Notes under the pieces: generated by a model
The model's input: only the letters and a program-made list of their open reading frames with translations
Told to the model about the DNA's origin: nothing
Databases searched by the model: none
In this document: positions 50,323 through 62,738 of the stretch, in pieces
Position numbering within the stretch: the first letter of the stretch is position 1
How the letters are laid out: each line of letters begins with the position of its first letter
Assembly (NCBI GenBank): GCA_973895155.1
Contig: OZ316896.1
Coordinates: forward strand, 5,469,303 to 5,533,302
Length of the DNA stretch: 64,000 nucleotides
Source of the DNA: Marsupella aquatica
Lineage: Eukaryota; Plantae; Marchantiophyta
Reading direction: 5' to 3'
Translations under genes and position numbers: made by a program

Positions 50323-52965
50323 ATGTCGCACACGATCCTCTCCAGCTCGGCCATTCGATTCTGGACGCAGTTCCTATCTACCGGAAGGCACTTGGCCGAT
50401 TCATTGAAACACGCCAACCCGCGCCGATACGAGATCGAACGCGAATACGAGAGAGCCATCCGCCTAGCAGGACGACACCACTACGTCCTTAACTTTGACT
50501 ACCCATCTCAGAGCGAGCTTTACCGACCAGCTGAGGTATCTGGGTACTTCTTCAACAGAGACAAATATATCGGGTTCTGGGAAGCATTGCTTTGGCTTCC
50601 GGACGAGGTCTTCAATATCCCGGGTACAATCGACCTGCAGCGACATCACTTCGACCACATCCCTGCCCAGGTTCGGGCTGTCATTAACGGCGAGTCCAGT
50701 ACCAACCGTTCGACAAGGGCGTCCGCACTCGCTTCGGAGAACTTCTACCAGCACCTGCAGAGCTTCATGGGAACTCGGCCATCAACCAACATGACCAACT
50801 CAGCCAGGCCCGTACCCGTACCCGTACCCATGCAACCCCAGCCTCAACCTCAGCCTCAACCTCAGCCGCAGCCTAGCCAAACCCCACCACCTATCACCCA
50901 GCCAGCACAGGTACGCTCCGTCATCAACGCTGTGGATCTTAGCAATGACGACGAGGCTACCCCACCCTTGACCAGGCGGCCCAGAGGAACAAGCACTCGG
51001 GGGGCCGACACTATATCGTCCCCACCCCCTGCTCTGACCCCAGGAGCGGCCCCAGCAAACAACATTGTGACCGTGGCCGCCCCGGGCCCGTTACCAACCG
51101 CAGTGGCACTCCCCAGGCCCGATCGGGAGGATGGGGAAGTATCACCTTCCCCGAGTCAGTCACGGGGAAAGAAGAGGAAGGAATCCGCCACTGCATCCGG
51201 GTTACCGTTGGCCACGGTAGCCGTAGCCAAGGTGACGATGCATCGCATGGGGGAAAACGTTCATAGCAACATCCTCCATCCCAAGCATGCGGTGTACCTG
51301 AAGACTCAGGGATTTGAGCACCTCACCTCTCTCCCCTGGAACACTTGCAGGTACTACGGGGAGGACATGACAGAATTCGTCAAGAATTATGACGACGTAC
51401 GTCAACAGACTCGGCTGTGGGGAAGGAATATGTCCCTCATAGAAGAACGACTCAAGATGATCTTCGGGTTACCCAAAGGTGACCATCGAGTCGAATCACG
51501 GGCTCCCGGGGGCAAGGGGGCCAAGTACCAATCTTCAAGTTTTCCCTCAGAGGGATCAGTAGACAACGGGTTCATGATGAGGACCTGCCTCATGCCCGAG
51601 ATAGCTGAGCGGCTGGAGTTCCAGAGGTACGCTCTCCACATGATGGAACCCCGGGTGGAGATCTCCGCCGTCCAGGTTATCCAGGTCGAGAACTATCGAC
51701 CTAGGAAATGGGCGTCGTACTTCGCTAAGAAATTCCATGAAGAGATGGAGCGGCGAAGGAAGACGCTGTACATTGGCGGGAAGGCGTATTTCGCTAGCCA
51801 CATCGAAATCATTCTTGAGTGGTACGCCCGGTTTGATCGAGGAACCCTTCCCTGCATCAACGTTACAAAGCTGGTCCCAGCTAGGTGGGTTTTTCCGGCA
51901 TTGGAGAGACGGCCCCAACCCGAGGCCCGAAGTCCAGTGGACGCGCCAGCTTCACCCACCCCACCTCCACAAATAGCTGTAATCGTAACCGAGGAGGCGC
52001 CGGAGGGGTCGGTCATCGCAACCGTTGATGCGACCCAACTAGTCGGGCTAAGTACAGAAGTTGGTACGGCAGAGGTCTTACCCGAACCCGGGTCTCCCAA
52101 GGACCCGCCGGTGGCAATTCTGGAGAACCGGACATCGCTGCAGGAGGACACTCCAGCCCCTTCCAACGTTATGTCCCCAGGGCTGGACGTCACTGCCCCG
52201 GCCCCTGCGCGTGTTGATGTCTGCCCGTGCCCAAATCCGGACAGGCACAACTTGGACCACCCGGAACTCTTCGTACAGGGTACGTTTATGAACGGGCTTC
52301 TGGGAGATTTCTCTCATCAAATTGCCCGAGATACCGGGGAGTTCATGGCCCGGAAGGTAGCCTGTTTCTTCAATCAGGAGTTGGTTGCCGCCGTAAAGGC
52401 AGGTCGGGCCCAGTCGAAGGCCCTTCAGAGGATAGAGCGGTACCGGGTGGAGTCCGTGTACCTAAAGAACGAAGTGGCGGCTCAAGAGGCTGAGCTTCTG
52501 CAACTACGACCCAAGGTTGCAGCCGCCGATGAGTTGTTAGCAAAGGCGTACGCTCTTACCGCCCTAGCCGAACAGGCCAAAGCTGGGAACGAGGCTGAGA
52601 TTACACGACTCCGGAACCAGATTGACAGTTTGAAGAAACAAGCTGTCACCTGGCAGAAAGACCTGGAGGAGGCCGAGGAGCGAGCCCAGCAAGACGCGAC
52701 GGAGATAGCCACGCTACAGGCCGAGATGGCGCGGCTCCAAACCGAGGCCGAGAAGCAGGACCAGCTGGCGGGTAAACTGACGAGCGACGCCCAGCAGCTG
52801 GAGGAGGCATGTCAGGAGGCAGCAGAGGAGACGGACGCGGCGAGGCGAGAGAACGAATCTCTACTGGACCAGGTCTAGCTCCTCAAAGCGGACAATGACA
52901 GGCTTCGAAGGCAGCGGGATGGCCGTTCCCATTCGGGCGGCTCTGGCAAGCGTGCCAGGCATTAG
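50323..52965 (+). CDS. 851-aa ORF (880 aa if TAG 52876 is restored to CAG): Pro/Gln-rich linker, KKRK NLS-like motif, plant-transposon-type domain, C-terminal coiled coil
   Basis: Uninterrupted for 851 codons. The second copy reads DQVQLLK...GKHARH through this position, and read-through here gives ...GKRARH*. Confidence 0.8.
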
Positions 52966-55797
52966 CGGCGGAGTAGGAATAGATTAGGATTAGGATTGGC
53001 TTAGTCAGGCTCTTGGGACAAGCACCTGCCTTAGGTACAGCAGCGCTGCCCTGCTGTCCAGCCTGCGTAGATTAGGATCTTCTAATAAGACACAGTCGTT
53101 TTCCGGCCTGACTGTCAGCTTAGTTAGGACCTTAGTCAGCGAATCTTTGGCGAGAGGACACCCCGTCCCTCGGCTCTTAGTATTTAGTGCACCCCTCGGT
53201 AGAGGCAGGGGGGTTTTTAGTTTCAGAGTCGGACATCCGCGGGACATGCGAGGAGTCCCGACCTCTGGGAATGACAGAGTACCAAGGGGAGGGGGTAGGA
53301 CTAAGCTCGCCGGGCGAGTGCGGAGCCGGGCTCCGTTGTAGTGTGCACCCTCGGCCTTGAACCTGTGCATTCTAGGGCTGTCGTGTCAACTAAGTGTACG
53401 CATATGTTCCCTTTGTAGTAAAATCCTTTCCCATCATTTTCCTTCGTGTAAATTGAGATTGTATGCATGTGTGCGCATATGTGTGTGGGTTTCTCGTATA
53501 TGGGTGGCAGTGCCAGGCCAAACGTACTACCCGAGACGTGCACAGGGTGCAGCCTGCGGGTAAGTGGTTGCGAGCATGGGTTGAGGACCTGTATCATCGA
53601 ATCCGGATCGAAGGCGGACAGCACGAAGGCTTAGAAGCCCTTAAGCCGGGGTCGATCCTGCTATCGACTAAGGTACGTTCCGACGGCGGAACACAAACCA
53701 TACCTAGGAGGTGTCCGTATTTAGCAGTATGCGCACTTAGCGCTAGTTTACGAGAATAAGGTGCATTACGTGCTTCCCTTCCTGCCCGAACCCTCAGATT
53801 TACGAGGGATGTGCCCGTCTAAGCTGAAGTCTGAGTTAAGGCCGAAGCCTACGACGTGACAGGGTCACTCTTGGTTGTGGCTAAGACAAGTGGGACATCC
53901 AAAGGTATGCAAGGCATCTCTATGCACCATTCAAACATCCAACTTTTGAAACATGGGAAACTACTTTCGAAAAGTGACCTAGGGTTGGTCAACAAACTCC
54001 TTAACAAACATGGAATTGACCTTAGTCCCTTCCTCTAGTAGAACCACCAAGTATAATCCACAAACAACCCAATCCATCAATCAAAAATGCCTTCACTCTT
54101 TACTCTTGCAACTTCCCTCATGCATAATAACTACTTTTGAAAGTACCTTCATTCAACCCATCTACTTTCAAAAACACCTTCAAGCTCACAACAACATTCA
54201 AAAATGGCATGAAGACATTCATTCTAACCATTCCATCACTCATAGCCAAAGCAAGGCATCAACACACATCTAAAAAATGAGGATACCTCTCCTCTAAATG
54301 CATAGCAAGAAGGCACATGTAGCATCATGGCCTCCAAGTAAAAACATGGGTCACAAGCAAGACCCTCCTAGCAAAAATGAATCATCACCAAGTCTAATCA
54401 TCAACCAAGCATTCAAAATCCCTCCATAGCCTATCCAAGCTTCAAAACCCTAGTCTCCTTCTCTCACACTTCCTTCTATCAACCAAATCTACTTTCGAAG
54501 CTTCAAGTCAAGGAGTTTACAAGAGAGTAGTCCTTCTCAGTGAGCCATCTCTAATGCAAGACTCCCAAGCTTCAACAAGATTAGGTCTCATCTCCTCTAA
54601 GCTTTCAAAAATCTCCTACAAGTCCATTCTCCTCAAAACTTGAAGCAACAAACCTACATTCGAGTATGCCTTCTTGTGGGCAATCTCTCATGCAAGCTCC
54701 TTATGCTTCCTACTCACATCCTACCTCCTTCCTAAGGCTTCGAGTCAGCCTCTCCTACATTCGAAACCTCTCTCCAAATCCCTAGGAAAACCATCACAAA
54801 ACTCAATCTCTTCACATTCAAAGCTTCTACTCCATCTATCTCTCCACAAAATTGCCTCTACATCTCCTACCCTCAAAATCCTAAGGCCATGGCCAAGGAG
54901 GAGGGCTCCCCCTTCACTCATGCCTCATGCTCGAGCTCCCCTCAAGAGGTTCGCTCCTACAACTAAAAATGGGACTTAACACTCCAAAACGGCAAAACGG
55001 CAGCACTTCAGCAGCATCTAACCTCCGAACCCTTGGCCACTCAAACTTCCTCCTTTAGTATCCACGTGGGAAGGCCCAGGGCACCCACAAGCTTCTCCAC
55101 TTATGGTTTTAATCCTCGTTGAATCACAGCCCTCGATCTCACACCAATTAGATCAAACGGCCAAAAATGAGCCAAAAAACCCCTCCTTAGTAACTTGCAA
55201 ACCAAAAGAGCTTCGACCTTTTTGAAAAAGCCACGACCTCCACCAAGCCCTAACTCACATCTCCACCTTCAATCCAAACCATCCATTAACCAAAACCAAG
55301 ATCCACCGTTAAAGTAGATACATTGAATCTAGTCCATTTAAAACAAAAATCTGAATCTGGTCCAAATCTCACAAAACTGATGCACTTGGTCCAAACCCTC
55401 TTACATGCCTTGAACCTGGTCACCTCCTCCATGTATTCAATGAACCTGGTCACCATGTCGCCAAAACCCTAAATACCTTGCTTGTCAAGCAAGCAACCTC
55501 CATTCCGCCGATCCGCCAAATGATAACTTAATCGCTGGTCACAAATGAAAAACATACCCCACAATAGTAACAAGGGTGGATAGGCTCGACCTCATCCCTA
55601 CCTTGACCCTCATAACTCTACTTCCTCCTTCACCTTGGTCAAGTTAGCTCAAGTCAAGTCAACTTGCCCAAGTTAGAAGCAAAATTGGTTTCAACTTCCT
55701 TCACAAAACATGAGGATTCCTCCTTTAGGATGGAAACCTCATGACATCCACCCTTACCAAATCTGAGCAGCCTCTGGCCTGCTCCACATTGCAAATG

Positions 55798-58010
55798 TCA
55801 ATCTCCATCATCACTATCACCCTTACCGTTAGATGAATCACTTTCATCACCCTCAAAATCATTCTCATCATCTAGCACAACACTAGTATCTTTCTCCAAA
55901 AAGGTGTCATCAACAAATCGATCTCTCCTTTTGAACAACTTGACCCTTTTCCCTGCATAGAGATGGGCATGGGGAACACCATCAAGCTCACGAACTTTGT
56001 ATGTAGCATTGTCCCTCACTTCCATCACAACAAATGGTCCACTCCACCTCAAGGCAAACTTTTTAAGAGTAGAGTGCTGGTTTATCAAGCTCTCATCCGA
56101 AATGAGAACCCAATCTCCTTCTTGAATCTGGATAGGTCTAAGTCTCTTCTTCCTATCAAATCTCCCCTTACTCTCTTCTCTTGCCTCTTTCACTTTCTCC
56201 AAGGCCTCATCAATCTTACTTGGTATCAAACTGAAATGTTCAATCCTTCTTGCTAGGAGTTCCTCTCTTGAAACCTCATCTTTCCACTCAATGGATCTCC
56301 AGCTGTGTATAGCCTCCTCGATAGGCATCAAAGGTAGATGACCTGAGACCAACTCAGCTGGTGCAAAACCAGTAACTGAACTACATGTAATCCTATCTGC
56401 CATAAGTGCAAGTGGCAAAAAGTTAGGCCAAAGTGAAGCCCGACCTCTACAAGACTTAACTAAAGCACTCACTATAGGTGGGTGACCCCTCTCACTCTTC
56501 CCATTTCCCTCTGGATTGTAGGAAGTGGTCAGTTTAAGCTTAATGTGATACTTAGCAAAGAACTGACGAGCCTCATCTGAGTTTAACTCACCCCTATCTG
56601 CCTTCATCTGATAAAAACAACCATGCCTGGATATTATATCCTCTAACGCAAACCTACAAACAGGCTCGCTCTTGTTAGAAGCAAGAGCTCTACCCTCAAC
56701 ATAAGATGACAAATCCTCTCTGGCAAGCACCAAATACCTAGCTCCTCTAACCCCTCTTGGCATATGAACAATATCTAGCACCCACTGGAAATGCAAAGAC
56801 AATGGATGAGTGGGACTAAGACCATCCCTATGCTTGAATGACCTTTGAGTAAAATTGACACACCTCACAACTCTCAACATAAGTCCTAACATCTACATAG
56901 ATTCGAGGCCACCAATAGAATTGTCGAATTCGCTCATAGGTAGCTCGAACCCCTTTGTGGCCAGAAGCCTCAAAGTCATGGCACTCCTGCAAAACCTTCC
57001 GCCGTGTATCATCATCATCGACTACCCTCAAGGGTAAGTGTCCCCGCTTCTTTGGTCTCTTCCACAAGTATCCATCTCTAAGAAAAAAACCATAGGCTTT
57101 CTTCCTAATTCTCTCAAACTCCTCTCTACTCCACTCATTTTTCTTTTTCAAAGTGCTAAGGTACTCTCCAATCACTGCAAAATCTGTGGAATACAACTCC
57201 TCCTTGAACTCCAACAACTCAAACTCACTCTGAAATTTCTCCTTCCTCTTATAACTTGCAACACACACACACACCTATCTACATTTACACATGACTCACA
57301 CTCCTCAAACCTAGCTCTCGAAAGCATGTCTACTACCGGATTGTTCTTACCCAAAATATGCTCTAATTCAGGAGTGAACATGCGAATGAAAGCAATCCAT
57401 CTGAGCATGGCGATATCAGGGGTATCACAATTAGCAATCATACCGAGCAAAGGAAGGCAATCAGTTTGCAATACTACATGTGCTCCTATCAAATAATCCT
57501 TCTCTTGTTTGAGGGCACATTTTGCTCCCCATAACTCTCTCTTGACCTGTGGATACCTACGATGCCTCTCATTGAATATCTTGGCACCAAACCTAGTAGC
57601 AAACATCTGGCCATCTCCATCTTCTTGGCCAAGTACCCAGCCTGCTGCCAAAGGACTAGAGTCAACAGTAAGAATAATTGGCCTCCCACAAGCATAGTCT
57701 AGTGGCCTCAAAACTGGTGGACTCATCAACGACTCCTTGAGCTTTGCCATAGCTCTCTCACACTCATCACTCCATCAAAACTTCACTTTCTTTCTAAGTA
57801 GGCCATACAATGGATCCGCTATGTGGGCAAAATGAGAGATCCACACACGGTAAAACACACATGCTCCTAAAAATCTCTTCACCTCACTCACACTCTCACA
57901 TGCTCTCATCTCTCGGATGACATCAACTTTAGCCTGGTTAGGCAACCGCCCATAAGGTCCACACCGCTACCCAACCACTATGATCTCACGAAGTCTAAAG
58001 GCTGATTTTT
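55798..58010 (-). pseudogene. Gypsy element 3 pol 3' part (RT end, RNaseH, integrase)
   Basis: TVDSSPLAAGWVLGQ, QTDCLPLLG, GHKG..CEVC, LAREDLSSYVEGRAL, YNPEGNGKSERGH, WSGPF; same family as gypsy 2. Confidence 0.95.
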
Positions 58011-58299
58011 CATGCCAACGCCAACGGATTCAAGTCCTCATTAGTGTTCTGATTGCCACCTAGATTCTCTTGAATCTGATCCTGATCATAAGCGCTTGTG
58101 GCCTCATGTGACACCCTATTTTTGGCAGAAGGAGACGAAACCCAGTTCTCCTGTGTGTTCCCTTCGCCGCTCCTTATTCTCCGGTCTGATTTGTCTAATG
58201 ACCCCGCGTTCCTTCATGCTTCTGCTCTCTGCTCCATGTTCAAAGGCCCACGGGTCCCTCCCGCTTCCCTAAGCATGCTCTTTTCTCTTGACGCGGTTG

Positions 58300-60214
58300 T
58301 AATCTGGTAATTCTCCCTGCTGGCTGAATGTGGCACACTGGGTTGTTGTTCACGCACCATTGCTAGTGTCCAGACGAGACGTGTTCAGACTTGTGAAGGC
58401 CGCGTGGCTTCCACCAACCGGGATATTCTCCATAGTCTTTGCTTCTTGAAATATTTCTCCCGCCCTCTCGCTTGTAGTAGGATCCCGGATTGTTTCATTG
58501 GTTTTGGTGGGGTTCTCCTCCTGTTCGAGTGCTTTGCAGTCCCGCGCTAAGTGGCCTTTTTGGTTGCATTTGAAACAATGATATGGTATATTTCTGAATA
58601 CTACAGGCTGCCAAATCGTGATGCCAGCAGTAATATCCACTCCAACGCAACGTGGTACTTCTCGGTTGGTGTCCCACAATATACAAGCCCTGTCATGGGG
58701 GAAAGAGCTGCGCTCGTCACCCTGTATGTAGTATAGAACCTTCCCAAATGACTCGGCTATTCATTTCCTGCATCCCTCCAGTACTAGTGCTCGAAATGGT
58801 AGCTCGATCCAGACTAGCAATTTCATGTATGAATCACTACTTGCATCAAACGATGGGTCCCAAGGAAAAGTAAATACAAATTTCCGGTCCATGAAGAAGG
58901 GGGCCAGTTCCAAAGCAGCATCTCGATGCTCTGGAAATTCAAACGTGATCACATAAAAATTCTTACCAGCGAATTTGATCTGAGTTATTGGCCAGCCTAA
59001 GTCACGATTAAAAACCGATTCAGCCCAGTCCCTGGAGACCGGTAGTAGCGGTGGGCGATCAGTGAAATAGCACATCATTGTGCAGTTGTATAGTTCTGTA
59101 ATAGAGAGAGTAGCCTCCTCTATAGACCACTGAATCCTGGTGTGAAGCGTGTTAGGCCAATCGCCAGTGGAGCTGATGGCAATTTTACGTAGCATTTCCA
59201 AACAGGTATTTGGTAGTTCATCAGATAACCCAGCAAAGTCATCCTCATTTGTATGTTGAGTTCTGGCTGCATTAACGTGTTGTGGCTGCCGATTGCTTTG
59301 TCGTGGTCTGTGCTCCGTCTGGTGATCAAGGCCTACAGCCTCCCTCTGAGAACCCTGTGCATCTATCGTGGAGGGCCTCGTCCCTCTCTTGGGGCCAACA
59401 GCATTACGTACCGGAGCATCACCAGGCGCTAAGTTCCCAAGTGCCCCACGCCCCCTTGCAGGCGACTTAGGTATCGAGGAATGAGCCTGTAGCTCAAGTT
59501 CCACCGCTTCCTCCGCCTCTTGTATATCTAGGTCCATCTGATCTGTCCATGAAGGTCCGGAGCGTGGGATAAACTTTCTGTTGCTAGGCCTGTTGCCTTT
59601 ATCTGTAGTTGTTCTGCTACCGTCAGCAATGCCAAACAGATCAAAAGGGGCAGACTTAGGCCCGCCCCTCGCGTCTTGCAGGGAGAACCTAGTGCTACCA
59701 GAACGCTCCCCAGCCCATTGCCCTCCTTCTTCCTCTTCAATTCGTCTAGCACCTAGAGCGGAGGGATCCCGTCCATCTCCTCCTTGGGCCAACGATCGAT
59801 CCCTGTGAAAAGACCCCATAGCCAACGATAGTGATGATCCCCACCCGGGGCCACGACCATAGCCAGTTCACATCCGCGGTCCCACCCCGCTAAAAGGATC
59901 CATCTGTTCTAGTCGTGACGCTTAGCAGCCTACTCACCTTGCAGGCCCAGTTCAAATTATTGCCAAAATTTTGCCCTCCATTCACAAATGTGAAGTGCTC
60001 CAACTGATTCGATTCCTCTCCGTGACACTTCTGACCACCAATGTCCAAGCAAGTTGCAACGCCTCCGATATCAAGGTCCATGCGAGGAGTCAACGCCCTA
60101 TAAAATGATCAAAATGGTAGTGTGAGCGTGTTGGTGAGTCCAGGGAAGTCAGGCAGCCATAGCCACACCTTCGAGTTCGCTCCGCCCTCCCGCCCTCTCA
60201 GTTCCTCTCAGTTC
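58300..60214 (-). mobile_element. L1-type LINE copy C (5' UTR + ORF1), 3'-truncated
   Basis: ORF1 58350-59825 with one TGA and a CCHC knuckle; 5' end GAACTGAGAGG..GCGGAGCG..TGGCTATGGC matches copy A. Confidence 0.88.
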
Positions 60215-62219
60215 AAATGTGGTGCCACTTTGGTTTGCGGATGTCCAAAAGGGTGGGATGGTCGTTGTCTTGTAATCGTGAAGTGTCTCGGTCGAGCGGC
60301 CCATTTTGACAATCCTAATCATGGCGTTATTCTGGTGACGCTCATGATTGCCCTTTACTCATAACTTAGTAAAGGCACGATACCTAACGTGGCTATGTAC
60401 GCAGCTTCTTCTTCCTTTGTTTGGCGGCAGTACCTTAAGTACGTATTATGGCTATCCCAACTGTATTAGGGTAATAATGGTGCTTTACTGAAAAAGACAA
60501 AAAAGATGGGGTCCGCACACTGATGCATCTTCGCCAGATATTGTTCGCAAATTCATTCCATCTCGTTTGATGAAGGAGCTTCCAGTCTCACAAAAAGTTT
60601 TGCCAGAGATGTCATTTTCATCAGATTCAAAGAGTTCACGGTTGATTCTGAGTCTGGAAGAAGTGTTATTGGAGCTCCAACATCTTATTATGTTTCTCCA
60701 AGCAAATTGCTTAAAAACGACGTTTTTTTGGGAGAAAGTCCACTGTCATACCCATAGGTCAGACTAGTTCACCGCGAACCCCTCCAAATGCACCCAAATG
60801 TAGGCCTTGATTTCTAATGCCAAGAACAATGTTGCCATGTAGGCCCGCCAAGAGATCTCCTCTGGTTTTCCCAATGTCTCGTTCTCCTGGAGTCCATATA
60901 GCTTTGTCTAGTGTGCAATCGCAGTTTGAGCGAATGAGAAGTTTGACGGTGCTAGAAGTGTCGGTCGCACGAAGAATACCCAGAGGGATCCCTAATTGAA
61001 GTTTGCGGAATGGAGAGCGCAAATTGCCAATTTCATCTCCTTTGCTACCAAATTCCATTAGTGGAATACCAAGTGGGATCCATTTGTTCCTCCTACAAGA
61101 GATAGTTCAAACAACCATTGTACTTTGTAACATCAAACTAGCTTGGTTGGTTCAAGCTTTAAAAAATACATCTTGAGTGCTGCAACCCCTTTTGTATCCC
61201 TTTGTCGCTTTCCCCCTCCATTCGTACCAATGATTCAACTCAAAATCACAAAAAAAAACCATAAATTTTTGCAATTTCTCAAAAAACTTGAAACTTGTCA
61301 CCGCCATGTAGTCCATCAGCCTAGCAAACCAATGTTGAAATCCAAAATTGAAACCAAGTTTGACAAAAAACCTTTTTCATGTTTTGGTCAGGGTGGGTAA
61401 AACTCAAAATTCTCTCCCGTTTTGACCACCTTGGGAAATAACTAAAATCCAAATAACAACCCAACGTCGGATAGGCCAGACAACCAATGCATCACATTGC
61501 CAACTCCTCTGGCTATCAATTCCCTAAAGACAAACCAAAAAAGTTATCATTTTCCAAATAGAATCTACGACTGACGGCCAAAAACTTGCTCTCTATTTTT
61601 TAGGAATATTCTTGCACAGTCAAGCAGGATTATAGGGGGCTGTTTTCCCTATTCAAGCGATTACAGTTGGGGTCACCAAGCCCAATAGGTGGCACAACCA
61701 ATAGGAGGAGAGGATGAGAATTATAATCTGGGCCTTATAAGGGTCTTAAGCCTCTTACTAAAAAATCCTCGTGTATAAGGTCGATCGAGTCGATACGAAG
61801 AAGGGGGCACGTACGGGATAGCCATCATGGCTGCATATGCAGTCGCATAGGATTGTAGGCTATCAGGGAGGGGGTTACAAGTTGCAGCCGTGATTTAGTG
61901 GCAGTCAAAGGGTGAGAGCTTGGATCGAGAGAAGTCACCGATAAGGTGACGTAGGGCGGAAAGAGGTGGGCGCGAGGATTGGCTGACCCTACAGGAAAGG
62001 CAAACGACAGGAGGGGGAAGAAATAAGAAGGGCGAGATGAGGGGTTGTGCATCTCGTGGCTGTGTACATCGGCAAGGCAGAGGCGTATCAGTGGGGGTCA
62101 ACAATGTCGTGATAATTTAATTATTCATGATGAAATTACTTTTACTAAGTATATTACTAAGTATATAGATTAGGTTTACATTTTGTTACAAGGTAACTAA
62201 ATAATTTGACTATTAGTTG

Positions 62220-62560
62220 TTTTATGTGCATGCAAGGTAATCAATTATGTAAACCATAATATGCATGCACAAATTATTTTAGATGTAATAGTCATTTTAT
62301 GTGCATGCAAGGTGAGCAAATATGCAAGCCACAAAGTGCATGCACAATTTGTTTTAAATACATGCAAATCATTTTATTTGCATGCATTAGTTATTTTATG
62401 GGCATGCAAAGTGAGCAAATATGCAAGCCACAAGGTGCATGCATAATTTATTTTAGACGTATGCAAATTGTTTTATTTGCATGTATTAGTTATTTTATGC
62501 GCATGCAAGGTGAGCAAATATGCATGGCACAAGGTGCATGCATGCACAAATTATTTTAGG
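62220..62560. repeat. TGCA-rich minisatellite, ~100-bp period
   Basis: TTTTATG.GCATGCAA.GTGAGCAAATATGCA recurs at ~62295, 62394 and 62493. Confidence 0.85.
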
Positions 62561-62738
62561 TGCGTGCACTAGTAATTTTACTTGCATACATTATATTTGT
62601 TTTGATTGCAATAGTACCAGCACACATTTTTACGTTGAATGTGTGCCACTTGACTTTCATGCAAGCGTTTAGGCGTAATCCATGCTCTCTTGGATTTATT
62701 AAAAATAAAATGATGAGGGACACTCTCTCCTCATTCTC

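Larger units (their letters stand above)
49857..53861 (+). mobile_element. 4005-bp solo-LTR-like element carrying a long ORF
   Basis: Ends TGTGAC...GTGACA; 5-bp TSD GGGTC (49852-49856, 53862-53866); no internal direct repeat seen; no gag/pol. Confidence 0.85.
49503..55746 (-). mobile_element. LTR of gypsy element 3 (~2.2 kb net), hosting the 4-kb insertion
   Basis: On the minus strand, PPT-like GGTAAGGGTGGA then TGTCATGAGG at 55746, with matching inverted end CCTCAGGACA at 49503. Confidence 0.6.

Noticed and set aside
40762-52320. Antisense ORFs of 100-230 aa overlapping the long + strand ORFs (e.g. 40762-41292, 41707-42411, 51693-52250)
   Set aside because: Shadow frames of GC-rich coding sequence.
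60215-61100. Possible host exon or transposase fragment (ORF 60759-61058)
   Set aside because: No recognisable motif and stops in all frames; left unannotated.
61641-62103. Short LTR (TGTTTTCCC...GGGTCAACA after a G-rich tract)
   Set aside because: No TSD, partner LTR or coding region to confirm it.
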